Assembly (NCBI GenBank): GCA_949286115.1
Contig: CASEBK010000013.1
Coordinates: 13,677-77,676 of the forward strand
DNA length: 64,000 nucleotides
Source of the DNA: an uncultured Veillonellaceae bacterium
GTDB taxonomy: Bacteria > Bacillota > Negativicutes > Veillonellales > Dialisteraceae
Direction: 5' to 3'
Shown here: positions 18,208 to 28,346 of the stretch, piece after piece
How positions within the stretch are numbered: the stretch's first letter is position 1
How the letters are laid out: each line of letters opens with the position of its first letter
Translations under genes and position numbers: made by a program
The notes under the pieces: model-generated
The model's input: only the letters and a program-made list of their open reading frames with translations
Database searches by the model: none
Told to the model about the DNA's origin: nothing

Positions 18208-18611
18208 TCTGTCTCCTTGATGGCGCCCGCCCCGAATGCATGGGGGAGCAATTCTTCTTCTGTCATCACGATGTAGTCGTCTTCGCTTTTGGCGCAGATG
18301 ACGAGCGGCACGTGAAATTCTGCGAGAAACTGGCGGCACATACCGCAGGGCGTGGTGTATGCGCTCTCGCTGCCGCACACCGCGAGCGCCCGAAACTCCG
18401 TCACGCCCGTTGCGACGGCGCTGCCCACGGCGTTTCGCTCCGCGCAGAGCCCCGCCGGGTAGGACGCGTTCTCCACATTGCACCCGGTGAAGATGCGCCC
18501 GTCCAGCGTCAGCACCGCCGCGCCCACGGGAAAGCGGGAATAGGGGGCGTACGCGTGGAGCCGGGCTTCCCGGGCGTGGGCGATGAGCCGGGATATCTCC
18601 TCAGTCCGCAT
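18204..18611 (-). CDS. cdd: Cytidine deaminase
   Basis: 135 aa with zinc motifs CAERNA and PCGMCRQ. Confidence 0.92.
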   Translation of the reverse strand: MRTEEISRLIAHAREARLHAYAPYSRFPVGAAVLTLDGRIFTGCNVENASYPAGLCAERNAVGSAVATGVTEFRALAVCGSESAYTTPCGMCRQFLAEFHVPLVICAKSEDDYIVMTEEELLPHAFGAGAIKETE

Positions 18612-19068
18612 TGACGATCCGCTCCAGACCGCACGCAGAGAGGACGGCCTCTTCGGCGGCGCGCATGGCTTTCTTCTCCTCCGGATCGTAGTGATCGTAG
18701 CCCAGGATGTGCAGGAAACCGTGCACCGCCAGGTACGCCACCTCCCGGTCGCGGCTGTGGCCGTACTCCTTCGCCTGCTCCTCCGCCCGATCCAGATTGA
18801 TGACGATGTCCCCCAGTTCGTTTTCTTCCTCGGGCACGTCGTCTTCCCCTTCGTTCAGCGCGAACGACAGCACGTCCGTGGGCGCGTCCACGCCGCGGTA
18901 GGTCCGGTTCAGCTCGTGGATCGTCGGCCCGTCGCAGATGAGGACGCTGATCTCCGCCGCCTCCGGCACTTTCTGCAGCTCCGCCCCTTTGGCGAGCACC
19001 TCTCCGATGAGCTTCTCCAGCGCTTCGCTGTAAAAGCGCATGTTACTGTAATTGATCGTGATCTCCAT
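18601..19068 (-). CDS. ybeY: Endoribonuclease YbeY (rRNA maturation)
   Basis: HGFLHILGYDH zinc motif. Start set at ATG 19068 (MEITINYS...). Confidence 0.9.
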   Translation of the reverse strand: MEITINYSNMRFYSEALEKLIGEVLAKGAELQKVPEAAEISVLICDGPTIHELNRTYRGVDAPTDVLSFALNEGEDDVPEEENELGDIVINLDRAEEQAKEYGHSRDREVAYLAVHGFLHILGYDHYDPEEKKAMRAAEEAVLSACGLERIVNAD

Positions 19069-20020
19069 GATCCGCCTCCGCCTTTTTTCTTCTCTTTCCG
19101 TCTTCCTCATAGGCATGGATGATCGCTGCCACCAGATCGTGGCGCACCACATCCTCCTCGCTGAACCGCACCTCTGCGATGTCCGGAATGCCCCGGAGCA
19201 CGCGCACCGCGTCCGTCAGGCCGCACTTCACGTGGGGCGGCAGATCAATCTGCGTCACGTCCCCATTCACCACCATCTTTGACCGGAAGCCCAGCCGCGT
19301 GAGAAACATCTTGATCTGCTCCACCGTGGTGTTCTGCGCCTCGTCCAGGATGACGAAGGATTTCTCCAGCGTCCGGCCGCGCATGTACGCGAGCGGCGCC
19401 ACTTCGATGGCTCCTTTCTGCTGAAGGTGGAGGAAATCTTCCGGGCCGAACATGGCGAGCAGCCCGTCGAAGAGCGGCCGCAGGTAGGGATTCACCTTCT
19501 CCTGCATGTCCCCGGGAAGGAAGCCCAGCTTCTCCCCGGCTTCCACCGCGGGCCGCACGAGGATGATGCGCTCCACATCGTGGTTCCGCAGGTAGAACGC
19601 TCCGAGCGCCACCGCAAGGTAGGTCTTCCCCGTCCCCGCCGGTCCGATGCCGAAAGTGATGGAGTGCTGCCGGATAGCGTCCACATAGCGCTTCTGCCCG
19701 AGAGTCCGCGGGTGGATCGGTTTGCCGTTCTTCGTGACGTTCACCGTGTCCCCTTCCAGATCGTGGATGATGTGGCCCCGGCCCTCGTCGAGGAATTTCA
19801 TGGACTGCCGCACGTGCCGCTCCGACAGGTAGATGCGCTGCTTCGACATGCGCCGGAGCTCTTCGATGATCTGCGCCGCTTTCTCCACCGCCTCCTCCGG
19901 ACCCGCCAGGCGGATCACATTGCCCCGCCCGGCCACCTGGCAGCCGTAGTGCTCGCCGATGATCTTCAGGTAGTTGCTGCCCCGCGCCAGCACGCGCGAC
20001 GCTTCGTGGAAATCGTCCAT
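19043..20020 (-). CDS. phoH: PhoH-family ATPase
   Basis: Walker A GPAGTGKT and a PhoH C-terminal domain. I favour ATG 20020, 6 nt after AGGAGA; the track start at 20122 overlaps the upstream gene. Confidence 0.88.
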   Translation of the reverse strand: MDDFHEASRVLARGSNYLKIIGEHYGCQVAGRGNVIRLAGPEEAVEKAAQIIEELRRMSKQRIYLSERHVRQSMKFLDEGRGHIIHDLEGDTVNVTKNGKPIHPRTLGQKRYVDAIRQHSITFGIGPAGTGKTYLAVALGAFYLRNHDVERIILVRPAVEAGEKLGFLPGDMQEKVNPYLRPLFDGLLAMFGPEDFLHLQQKGAIEVAPLAYMRGRTLEKSFVILDEAQNTTVEQIKMFLTRLGFRSKMVVNGDVTQIDLPPHVKCGLTDAVRVLRGIPDIAEVRFSEEDVVRHDLVAAIIHAYEEDGKRRKKAEADHGDHDQLQ

Positions 20021-20055
20021 GACGATCTCCTGTACGTATTCGTCAGATATAAAAC

Positions 20056-21027
20056 TCACGCCTTTCTTGAAGTCTCTCCGCCGGTCCAGCGGCGCACCGC
20101 CTTCCCGTCCAGATAATCGCACTGATCCCCCTGGCGCACGTCCCGGCGGATCATTTCCTCATCGATGCGCTTCTTCACTTCCCACCAGGGCTCGCCGCCG
20201 TTCACCTCCGAGGCGAGCGGCCCGGAAGCGCGCCCCACGATGCGCTGGATGATGATGTCGGGCCGCAGGTACGAGAGAAAGAGGATCGCCCGCTCGATGT
20301 ACTCCGCCATGGGGAGGAGCTGCACCTCGCCCGCCGCGTGCATCGCCCAAAGGCGCGTCCCCCGCACGAGGTAGAGCGAGTGGAGCTTGGCCTGCGTCAC
20401 GGGAAGCACCGAGAGGAGCTTCGCCGTCTCCGCCACATCCAGCCGGTCATCCCAGGGAAGGTCGGCGATGACGTGGGCGCAGAGTCCGAAGCCATACCGC
20501 CCGATACGGAGCGCCGCGTCGATGAATTCCGCCGCCGTGTGGCCCCGGCCGAGGAGGCGGAGCGTGTGGGGATTGGCCGTTTGGAGCCCCAGCTCGATGG
20601 TGACGCCCACGCCATGCCGCTCTGCCATCTCTTTCAGGATATCGAGATACGCTTCGTGGATACAGTCCGGCCGGGTGGACACGCAGAGCTCGACGATCGC
20701 CGGATGGCGCGCCGCTTCTTCCATCCATGCGCGGAAGCGCGCCGGCTCCGCGTAGGTGTTCGTGAAATTCTGAAAATAGGCGATGAACTTCTTCGCCTTG
20801 TACTTCGGCCCGATATGAGCGATGCTCCGCGTAAGCTGCGCCGTGATGGGAAGCCCCACCGCCACCGTCTCGTAGTCGGCCCCGATGGAGCCGCAGAAAA
20901 TGCAGCCCCCTGCGCCGAGCGTCCCGTCCCGGTTCGGGCAGGTCACCGGCAGCGCCACGGGCACCTTGTACACTTTTTCGCCGTACCGCGCCTTGAGCGC
21001 GTCCGAGTAATTGCGGTATCGTTCCAT
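20056..21027 (-). CDS. Radical SAM protein, TIGR01212 (YhcC-like) family
   Basis: Contains ...CPNRDGTLGAGGCIFC... together with an N-terminal YSDALKARYGEKVYKV signature. Confidence 0.8.
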   Translation of the reverse strand: MERYRNYSDALKARYGEKVYKVPVALPVTCPNRDGTLGAGGCIFCGSIGADYETVAVGLPITAQLTRSIAHIGPKYKAKKFIAYFQNFTNTYAEPARFRAWMEEAARHPAIVELCVSTRPDCIHEAYLDILKEMAERHGVGVTIELGLQTANPHTLRLLGRGHTAAEFIDAALRIGRYGFGLCAHVIADLPWDDRLDVAETAKLLSVLPVTQAKLHSLYLVRGTRLWAMHAAGEVQLLPMAEYIERAILFLSYLRPDIIIQRIVGRASGPLASEVNGGEPWWEVKKRIDEEMIRRDVRQGDQCDYLDGKAVRRWTGGETSRKA

Positions 21028-21127
21028 TGGACACTCCTTCAAGATACATCATACATCATATTTCCCCGGCAGAAAAGTTTTGCCGCCGCTATGCTACAAT
21101 AAAAGAAAAACGAAAAGGAGACCTGCC

Positions 21128-23005
21128 ATGATCCGCATCATCACCGCCCAGCTGGACGTCCGCCCCGGGGACATCCGAGAGAACTGGCGCCGCATCGAAG
21201 AAGAGATCCGCCGCGCGAAGGAGGCCCGCGCCGACGTGCTCGTCCTGCCGGAGATGTGCCTCACGGGCTACCTCATCGGAGACCTGTGGGACCAGAGCGC
21301 TTTCCTCCGGGAATGTGAAGCGTGCAACGGGCGTCTCGCCGCCGCCTCAGACGACCTCATCATCCTCTGGGGGAGCTGCGCTGTGGACTGGGACCGCATC
21401 CAGGACGACGGGCGCGTCCGGAAATACAACGCCGCCTTCGCCGCTGCCGGCGGGCATTTTCTCTTCCCCCGGCGGAGCCGCCGCCCCTATGCGGTGAAGA
21501 CGCTCCTTCCCAATTACCGCCAGTTCGACGACCGGCGCTATTTCACCAGCGCCGCCGTCCTTGCTGCCGAAGAGGGGCGCGGTCTTTCCGATCTCCTCGC
21601 CCCATTCGACCTCCCCACGAAGGACGGGCCGGTCGCAGCGGGCGTCCTCCTCTGCGAAGACAGCTGGGATGAGAACTATGCCGTGCGCCCCATGGACCTC
21701 CTCGCCGCGCAGCAGCCGGACCTCTTCTTCAACCTCTCTGCCTCGCCCTTCACCCTCGGCAAAAACGAGAAGCGCCACCGCATGCTCACGGCGGCTCTCT
21801 CCCGCCTCGGCGTGCCCATGCTCTACGTGAACTGCCGCGGCCTTCAGAACAACGGCAAGGACTGCTACACCTTCGACGGCATGACCGCCGCCTACGGCAG
21901 AGACGGCCGCCTTCTGGGCGAAGCCGCGCCGTATGAGGAAGCACGCTCGGCCTTTCTCTTTGACCGCGAGGCACGAAAGCTTTCTCCGGAAGTCCCCATG
22001 CCTCCCCATGAGGGCGATCTCCTCCTTGCGGCCCTGCGGTACGGCCTCTCTCATTTCCTCGAGGACATCGTCGCCTCCCGCGCCGTCATCGGCGTCTCCG
22101 GCGGCATCGACTCCGCGGTGAACGCTGCGCTCTACCGGTCCGTCCTCCCCGCGGACCATCTGCTCCTCGTCAATACGCCCACACAGTTCAATTCAGAGAC
22201 CACGAAGGGCCTCGCCGCCGATCTCGCCGCCCGTCTCGGCTCCCCCTATGTGACGCTTCCCATCGGCGGCTTCGTAGACGAGACGGCCCGTGCGCTCGCC
22301 TCGGTGGTCATCCGCACGCGCGAAGGCGAGCGGAGCCTCTCGCCCACCTCCTTCATGCGCGAGAACATCCAGGCCCGCGACCGGAGCGGGCGCATCCTCG
22401 CCGCACTCGCCGCGTCTTTCGGAGGCATCTTCACGTGCAACGCGAACAAGACGGAGCTCACCATCGGCTACGCCACCCTCTACGGCGACATGGCGGGGGC
22501 CCTCGCCGCCACGGCGGACCTGTGGAAACATCAGATCTACGCGCTCGGCCGCGCGCTGAACGACTGGTACGGCGAAGCGGTCATCCCCGAAGGGACCTTC
22601 ACCATCCGCCCCAGCGCGGAGCTCTCCGATGCGCAGGCCGTGGACAGGGGCCTCGGCGATCCCCTCGTGTACGACTACCACGACTACCTCTTCCGGAGCT
22701 TCGTCGAGCCCTGGCAGCGGGCCACACCGGAAGACATCCTCCGCTGGTACGCCGAAGGGACCCTCGAAGCGCACATCGGCACGCCCCTTGCAGTGAAAGA
22801 TCTCTTCCCCTCAGCGGCGGGCTTCATCGCCGACCTTGAAAAATGGTGGAAGCTCTTCGCAGGCTTCGCGGTGGCCAAGCGCATCCAATCCCCGCCGCTC
22901 CTGGCCGTTTCCCGCAGGCCCTACGGCTACGACCTGCGCGAATCCCAGCTCGCGCCGTACTTCACCGACGCCTACCTCGCTCTCAAAGAGCAGCTCCTGA
23001 AATAA
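21128..23005 (+). CDS. nadE: Glutamine-dependent NAD+ synthetase (CN-hydrolase domain + NAD synthase domain)
   Basis: MIRIITAQLDVRPGD..VLVLPEM.. nitrilase-type N-domain and a GVSGGIDSAV PP-loop in the C-domain. ATG 21128 follows AAAGGAG. Confidence 0.88.
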   Translation: MIRIITAQLDVRPGDIRENWRRIEEEIRRAKEARADVLVLPEMCLTGYLIGDLWDQSAFLRECEACNGRLAAASDDLIILWGSCAVDWDRIQDDGRVRKYNAAFAAAGGHFLFPRRSRRPYAVKTLLPNYRQFDDRRYFTSAAVLAAEEGRGLSDLLAPFDLPTKDGPVAAGVLLCEDSWDENYAVRPMDLLAAQQPDLFFNLSASPFTLGKNEKRHRMLTAALSRLGVPMLYVNCRGLQNNGKDCYTFDGMTAAYGRDGRLLGEAAPYEEARSAFLFDREARKLSPEVPMPPHEGDLLLAALRYGLSHFLEDIVASRAVIGVSGGIDSAVNAALYRSVLPADHLLLVNTPTQFNSETTKGLAADLAARLGSPYVTLPIGGFVDETARALASVVIRTREGERSLSPTSFMRENIQARDRSGRILAALAASFGGIFTCNANKTELTIGYATLYGDMAGALAATADLWKHQIYALGRALNDWYGEAVIPEGTFTIRPSAELSDAQAVDRGLGDPLVYDYHDYLFRSFVEPWQRATPEDILRWYAEGTLEAHIGTPLAVKDLFPSAAGFIADLEKWWKLFAGFAVAKRIQSPPLLAVSRRPYGYDLRESQLAPYFTDAYLALKEQLLK

Positions 23006-23017
23006 AGAATGGTACGC

Positions 23018-23055
23018 AAAAAAGACAGACGCCCTCTCGGGTATCTGTCTTTTCC
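23018..23055. terminator. Bidirectional terminator between nadE and the helicase gene
   Basis: A-run, GACAGA..CCC tctc GGG..TCTGTC, then TTTT. Confidence 0.65.
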
Positions 23056-23059
23056 TTTG

Positions 23060-24604
23060 TCAGTCTTCTTTGAAATAGGGTTTGAACGACGTCTGATGAG
23101 CCGGGCGGCGTTTCCCCTCCTGCGGGGCGCTGCCTCTGCCGCGGCGGAACGGGCGACGGCCTTCTCGGCCCTCCCGCCCTTCGCGGGCGCCGCGGCGCTC
23201 CCCATCGCCTTCCGCGCGCTCTCTCCGGGGCCGTCCGTCACCGCGGAAGGGACGGTGTCCGTCGCCGTTTCTGCGGCGGCGCACGTTCGGCTTCTCTTCG
23301 GTGATGCGCACAGGCGTCACGTCGGGCTGCTTCGTGAGCAGCTTGATCGCCGCCGACACGAGAGAGATGGAGTCGTAATCGTTCAGAAGCTCCTCCGCCG
23401 TCTCGCGGTACGACTCGAGGCCCTCTCCCGCAGCGGCGCTGCGGAGGCTCTCGATGGCCTCACGCTGGTTCCCTTCGATCACGTCGGAGAGCGTCGGCAC
23501 AGCGCGCCGCTTGATGCGCCGACGGATGAGCCGCTCGATGTCGTGGAGCTGACCCATCTCCCGGGAAATGACGAAGGTGGTCGCCATGCCCGTGCGCCCT
23601 GCCCGGCCCGTGCGGCCCACGCGGTGCACATAGCTCTCCGGGTCCTGAGGCATGTCGAAATTGTACACATGCGTCACGCCGCTGATGTCGAGGCCGCGGG
23701 CCGCCACGTCCGTCGCGACGAGGATATCGATGGTATTTTCCTTGAACTGGCGGATGACGGAGTCGCGCTTGGCCTGAGACAGGTCGCCGTGGATACCTTC
23801 GGCGGCATAGCCCCGCTTCTTCAGCGCTTCCGTCACTTCGTCGGCGCGGCGCTTCGTCCGCACGAACACGATGGCCAGGTCCGGCTCCTGCATGTCCAGC
23901 AGGCGGCACAGCGCGTCGAATTTCTGCCGGTCCGGCAGCTCGATGTATTCCTGCTCGATGAGATCGATGGTGACCGTCGCTGCTTTGATCTGCACGTGCT
24001 CCGGTTCTTTCAGGAACGTATCGGCCAGCTCCTGAATGGGCGCAGGCATCGTCGCAGAGAAGAGCATGGTCTGCCGCTCTTCCGGCATGGCCGCAAGGAT
24101 GGTGCGGATGTCGTCGATGAAGCCCATGTCCATCATTTCATCCGCTTCGTCCAGCACGAGCACCTGCACGTGAGAGAGGTCGATGGAGCCGCGCTTCATA
24201 TGGTCCATGAGACGGCCCGGCGTCGCCACGATCACCTGCGGATGCTGGCGCAGCGCCCGGAACTGACGGTTGATGTCCTGCCCCCCGTAGATCGGCACCG
24301 CATGGATCGGCAGGAACTCGCCCAGATGGTTGATCTCCTCGGCGGACTGCACGGCAAGCTCTCTCGTAGGCGAGAGCACCACCGCCTGCGGCGCGGGCTT
24401 CGAAATGTCGATGCGCTGAAGAATGGGGATCCCGAACGCGGCGGTCTTCCCCGTGCCGGTCTGCGCCTGCCCGATGAGGTCCCGCCCGGCGAGCGCCGCG
24501 GGGATGGCCGCCTTCTGGATCGGCGTGGGCTCCTCGAAGCCCATGTCTTCCACCGCTTTCAGGATCTGCGGGACGATGCCCAATTCTTCAAATGTTTCGT
24601 ACAT
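23060..24604 (-). CDS. cshA: DEAD-box ATP-dependent RNA helicase (CshA/DeaD-like) with R/G/E-rich tail
   Basis: Q-motif, AQTGTGKT, VLDEADEM, SAT and HRVGRTGRAG motifs, plus a basic low-complexity C-terminus. Confidence 0.9.
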   Translation of the reverse strand: MYETFEELGIVPQILKAVEDMGFEEPTPIQKAAIPAALAGRDLIGQAQTGTGKTAAFGIPILQRIDISKPAPQAVVLSPTRELAVQSAEEINHLGEFLPIHAVPIYGGQDINRQFRALRQHPQVIVATPGRLMDHMKRGSIDLSHVQVLVLDEADEMMDMGFIDDIRTILAAMPEERQTMLFSATMPAPIQELADTFLKEPEHVQIKAATVTIDLIEQEYIELPDRQKFDALCRLLDMQEPDLAIVFVRTKRRADEVTEALKKRGYAAEGIHGDLSQAKRDSVIRQFKENTIDILVATDVAARGLDISGVTHVYNFDMPQDPESYVHRVGRTGRAGRTGMATTFVISREMGQLHDIERLIRRRIKRRAVPTLSDVIEGNQREAIESLRSAAAGEGLESYRETAEELLNDYDSISLVSAAIKLLTKQPDVTPVRITEEKPNVRRRRNGDGHRPFRGDGRPRRERAEGDGERRGAREGREGREGRRPFRRGRGSAPQEGKRRPAHQTSFKPYFKED

Positions 24605-25004
24605 ACGATGCCTCCATTTCCCTTTCCCGGAGAACTGTCGCCTCCGGACAACACTGACAAACAGTATACCACAGCACCGCCCTCCCCGTCACGCCGCCCG
24701 CTCTTGCATCAAAGCCGCCCGCTGCCTCTTCCCATTTTATTTCTGCGGCAGCCCCGTCCCTCATCCTCTCTCTCCGCCGCGGCGCGTCTCTCCTCCGAGG
24801 CTCTTCCGCCTTCAGATGACTTTCATCCGCCTCCCTCTTTTTGGCGGCTCCGGCCATTTCCATTTGGCGGCCGGCTCTCACCGCCTCCTCCGCCTTTCTG
24901 CTCTCGACCTGTTCTTCCCTCCTCTGCCGTCTTTCCCGTCTTTTTTGAGACGGCCGCAAGAGACAAAGCCCTTCATCGCCTCTCGCTGTACTACTTCCCG
25001 CACA

Positions 25005-25032
25005 CGAAAAAAGCCTCCCCGAAGGGAAGCTT
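25005..25032 (-). terminator. Rho-independent terminator
   Basis: Minus strand AGCTTCCC-ttcg-GGGAGGCT followed by TTTTTT. Confidence 0.8.
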
Positions 25033-25045
25033 TATCCATTTCGTT

Positions 25046-25534
25046 TTAATTCTGATGATCGTTCTGATCCTGCTGCTGCTGAGCAGCGGCGTTCGAGTCG
25101 ATGAGGCTCTGACGGTTCTTCTTCAGCGTGTCAAGCATGTTCTCCATGTTCGTCTCCACGTATTTCAGCACGTCTGTCGCGTAGGTGACGGAGCTGGTGC
25201 GGAGCTCTTCTGCCGATGCGTTGGCAGAGGAGATGATCTGGTTCGCCCGCTCCTGGGCCTGCTTCACGAGCTCGCTCTCTTCGGTGATGCGGGCGATGTA
25301 GTCTTTCGCCTGGGCGATGGTATCGTCCGCTTTCTTTTCCGCATCGAGGAGGATGCGCTCTTTATCGGCGACGATGCGCTTCGCGTTGTCCAGTTCGTTC
25401 GGGAGAGACTGATTGATGGCGTCGATGAGGCGCGTGACTTCTTCTTCATCGACGGCCTTTTTCGTGGTGAAGGGGATGTTCTTTGCGTTGATCACCACAT
25501 TTTCCAGTTCTTCCAGTAATTTTTTCGTATCCAT
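25046..25534 (-). CDS. Hypothetical coiled-coil protein downstream of coaD
   Basis: About 162 aa, helical and charged with a Q-rich tail. ATG 25534 lies 7 nt after GAGG; alternatively GTG 25540 overlaps the coaD stop. I cannot name a family. Confidence 0.6.
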   Translation of the reverse strand: MDTKKLLEELENVVINAKNIPFTTKKAVDEEEVTRLIDAINQSLPNELDNAKRIVADKERILLDAEKKADDTIAQAKDYIARITEESELVKQAQERANQIISSANASAEELRTSSVTYATDVLKYVETNMENMLDTLKKNRQSLIDSNAAAQQQQDQNDHQN

Positions 25535-25536
25535 TT

Positions 25537-26040
25537 TCACGCCTCGCTTTTATCAGTTTTATCAGAATGAAATTTGGCTTCTATGACTTTCTGGACGTAG
25601 GGCGGTACGAGCTTGGACACGTTGCCGCCGAAGCACGCCAGTTCGCGCACGCCGGTGGAGCTCAGGAAAGAATACTGCCCGTCGGTCATGAAGAAAGCGG
25701 TCTCCAGTGTGGGATTCACCTTTTTCAGAAGGAGCGCCCGCTGAAATTCATATTCAAAGTCGCTGAATGCGCGAAGCCCGCGCACCAGAAGGTGGCAGTT
25801 TTTCGCTTCGGCATACTCATTGAGCAGGCCGCCGAAAGCGTCCACTTCCACATTCGGCAGGTGTTTCGTGGTCTCTCTCAGCATGTCGAGCCGCTCTTCC
25901 ATGGTGAACATGGAGTGCTTGTTCGGATTGCGGAATACCGCGACGATCAGGTGATCGACGAGCGCGGCGCTTCTTTCGATGATGTTCAGATGCCCGTAGG
26001 TCACCGGGTCAAAGCTGCCCGGGCAGATGGCTATTTTCAT
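25537..26040 (-). CDS. coaD: Phosphopantetheine adenylyltransferase
   Basis: MKIAICPGSFDPVTYGHLNII... (T/HxGH motif) and ...ISST.VRE... Confidence 0.93.
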   Translation of the reverse strand: MKIAICPGSFDPVTYGHLNIIERSAALVDHLIVAVFRNPNKHSMFTMEERLDMLRETTKHLPNVEVDAFGGLLNEYAEAKNCHLLVRGLRAFSDFEYEFQRALLLKKVNPTLETAFFMTDGQYSFLSSTGVRELACFGGNVSKLVPPYVQKVIEAKFHSDKTDKSEA

Positions 26041-26050
26041 AACTTCACCT

Positions 26051-26608
26051 TCAAGATTTTTTATAGAGAAGATAGGTCACAGCGGTCTCGCCGACGCGCT
26101 TTTCTTTCCACAGAGAGACTTCTTCTCCGAGGAGCGAAAGATCCAGAGGCTCGGCGCTGACGTGCTCCACGATGAGGATGGCCCCATCAGCGGCAAGGCC
26201 CAGCCGAAAGACGGAGGCGAGGATCTCGTTGATATAGCCTTTCCGGTACGGCGGATCAAGGAAGATGTAGTCGAAGGTCTCTCCCGCCAGGCTCTGGAGC
26301 GCTTTCTCCGCGTCTTTTGCAAGGATGCGCACGCGGCCTTCCGCGCGGCACCGCCGGACATTTTCTTCCAGGATGCGCCTTGTGGCCTGGTCGATCAGCA
26401 CAGCTTCCGCCGCGCCGCGGCTCACCGCTTCGAGGCCGAGGGCCCCGGTGCCCGCAAAGATATCGAGCACTTTCGTCTCGAGGAGCCCCACGTTCATGAG
26501 CACGTTGAAGATGCTCTCCCTGGTGCGGCCCAGCGTCGGCCGGGTATTCATCCCGCGAGGCGCGGCAAGGGCTACTCCCTTTGCGCTCCCTCCAATGATT
26601 CGGATCAT
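26051..26608 (-). CDS. rsmD: 16S rRNA (guanine966-N2)-methyltransferase
   Basis: MIRIIGGSAKG...RPT..R.RE..FN, FAGTGALGLEA and DPPY motifs. Start set at ATG 26608. Confidence 0.88.
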   Translation of the reverse strand: MIRIIGGSAKGVALAAPRGMNTRPTLGRTRESIFNVLMNVGLLETKVLDIFAGTGALGLEAVSRGAAEAVLIDQATRRILEENVRRCRAEGRVRILAKDAEKALQSLAGETFDYIFLDPPYRKGYINEILASVFRLGLAADGAILIVEHVSAEPLDLSLLGEEVSLWKEKRVGETAVTYLLYKKS

Positions 26609-26715
26609 ATGGCTCTTCCCATGTATTATATCATAACTGCATCGTGACGGTATACCGAAATCCCCATTTCCTCCCGGAAATATCCGGCCCGCCGCGGATA
26701 AGGAACTGTCTCTTT

Positions 26716-27738
26716 TCAGCACTCAGGCCCGACCAAAAAGGCTTCCGTTTCCGCCTTTTTGGCACGGGACATGAGATGCTCCACCGATTCCCTGGGCGTG
26801 TAGTCGCCCGCAAGGACATGGTGCACTTCGCTGGTGATGGGCATGGGGATGCCCTCTTTTTCGGCGATCTCGTAGACGATGCTGGCGGTGCGGATGCCTT
26901 CCACGACCATGTCCGTGCCGCCGACGATCTCCGCCGCGGTCTTGCCTTCTGCCAGAAGGAGCCCCGCCGCATGGTTCCGGCTGTGGGTACTGGTGCAGGT
27001 GGCGATGAGATCGCCCATGCCGGAGAGACCGAAGAAGGTCTCTCTCTTCGCGCCGAAATGCATGCCGAAACGGGTCATCTCCGCCAGCCCCCGCGTCATG
27101 AGCGCAGCGCGGCTGTTGTCTCCGAGGCCGAGACCGTCGAGGACGCCGCAGGCGAGCGCCATGATGTTCTTCAGCGCGCCGCCGTATTCCACGCCAACGA
27201 TGTCACTGCTCCGGTAGACTCGGAAGGACGGCCCCATGTAGATGTCCTGCACGAGGGCCACCGCTTCCGGCACAGACGACGCGGCAACGCTCGCCGCCGG
27301 AAGGCCCCGCCCTACTTCTTCCGCATGGTTCGGCCCGGAGAGCGCCACGATGCGGTCCGTCTTCTCCCGGAGCGCCTCTCCGATGACTTCCGACAGACGG
27401 AGCCCGCCGTGAGAAGCAAGGCCTTTCGAAGCGGAGACGACCACCGCATGAGGCATCAGATACGGCGCGATGGCCGCAGCGGTCTCTTCCGCCGCCATAG
27501 AAGGCGTGCAGAGGATCACGCAGCCTGCGCCGCAGACCGCTTCTTCCAGGTCGCTCGTGATGCGCACGGACTCCGGAATGCGGCACCCCGGCAGGTATGG
27601 CGTATTTTCCCGCGTGTCCCGCAGACGGGCCGCTTTCTCCGGATTGCGGCAGTAGAGCCACACGTCGGGATTCGTCCCCGCCAGGAGGCTCACCATGGCC
27701 GTGCCCCAGCCGCCGGCGCCGATCATCGTTATCTTCAT
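26716..27738 (-). CDS. gpsA: NAD(P)H-dependent glycerol-3-phosphate dehydrogenase
   Basis: MKITMIGAGGWGTA... Rossmann N-terminus, in the der-plsY-gpsA context. Confidence 0.92.
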   Translation of the reverse strand: MKITMIGAGGWGTAMVSLLAGTNPDVWLYCRNPEKAARLRDTRENTPYLPGCRIPESVRITSDLEEAVCGAGCVILCTPSMAAEETAAAIAPYLMPHAVVVSASKGLASHGGLRLSEVIGEALREKTDRIVALSGPNHAEEVGRGLPAASVAASSVPEAVALVQDIYMGPSFRVYRSSDIVGVEYGGALKNIMALACGVLDGLGLGDNSRAALMTRGLAEMTRFGMHFGAKRETFFGLSGMGDLIATCTSTHSRNHAAGLLLAEGKTAAEIVGGTDMVVEGIRTASIVYEIAEKEGIPMPITSEVHHVLAGDYTPRESVEHLMSRAKKAETEAFLVGPEC

Positions 27739-28346
27739 CAGGAGGGCCTCTTTTCGTGAGTAATCTTCTTTTCTTCGCCCCGCATGAGGCGGCCGATGTT
27801 GTCTTTATGCTTGTAGATGATCACCGCCGCGGCGACCGCGCCGAAAGCGGCAAATTCTTCCGGGCCGCCGGTGAGCCAGATCACAAGAGGCACTACCGGG
27901 GCCGCGCAGATAGAAGAAAGCGATACGATCTTCGAGGCGAGGAACACCGCCAGCCATACGAGAAAAGCGCCCAGCGCCGCCACAGGCCAGAGCGCCGCGA
28001 AAGCACCGACGCCGCAGGCCACGCCGCGGCCGCTTTTGAAATGGAGGAAGACGGACCAGTCGTTCCCCACGATGACGAAGAGCGCGCAGAGCACCATGGT
28101 GAGCTCATCCCCCAGACTGCCCGCAGACACGGCGAGCACCCCTTTGAAGAAATCACAGAGGAATACGGAAAGCCCCGCTTTCGCACCGAGCACGCGGTAG
28201 GCATTCGTCGCGCCGATATTTCCGCTGCCCACGGTCTTGAGGTCTACGCCGTAGAAAACTTTCCCGATGATATACCCGCTCGGGATGGCCCCCAGAAGGT
28301 ATGCCAGGAGGCAGAACGCAGCGAGCATCGCCCAGGAATCTGTCAT
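27738..28346 (-). CDS. plsY: Glycerol-3-phosphate acyltransferase PlsY
   Basis: Contains YLLGAIPSGYIIGK and GSGNIGATN; multi-TM protein. Confidence 0.92.
   Translation of the reverse strand: MTDSWAMLAAFCLLAYLLGAIPSGYIIGKVFYGVDLKTVGSGNIGATNAYRVLGAKAGLSVFLCDFFKGVLAVSAGSLGDELTMVLCALFVIVGNDWSVFLHFKSGRGVACGVGAFAALWPVAALGAFLVWLAVFLASKIVSLSSICAAPVVPLVIWLTGGPEEFAAFGAVAAAVIIYKHKDNIGRLMRGEEKKITHEKRPS

Noticed and set aside
24588-24959. 123-aa R/E-rich ORF upstream of and overlapping the helicase start
   Set aside because: It lies in a T-poor polypurine tract where stops are rare by composition. It overlaps the helicase promoter and start codon and has no RBS or motif.
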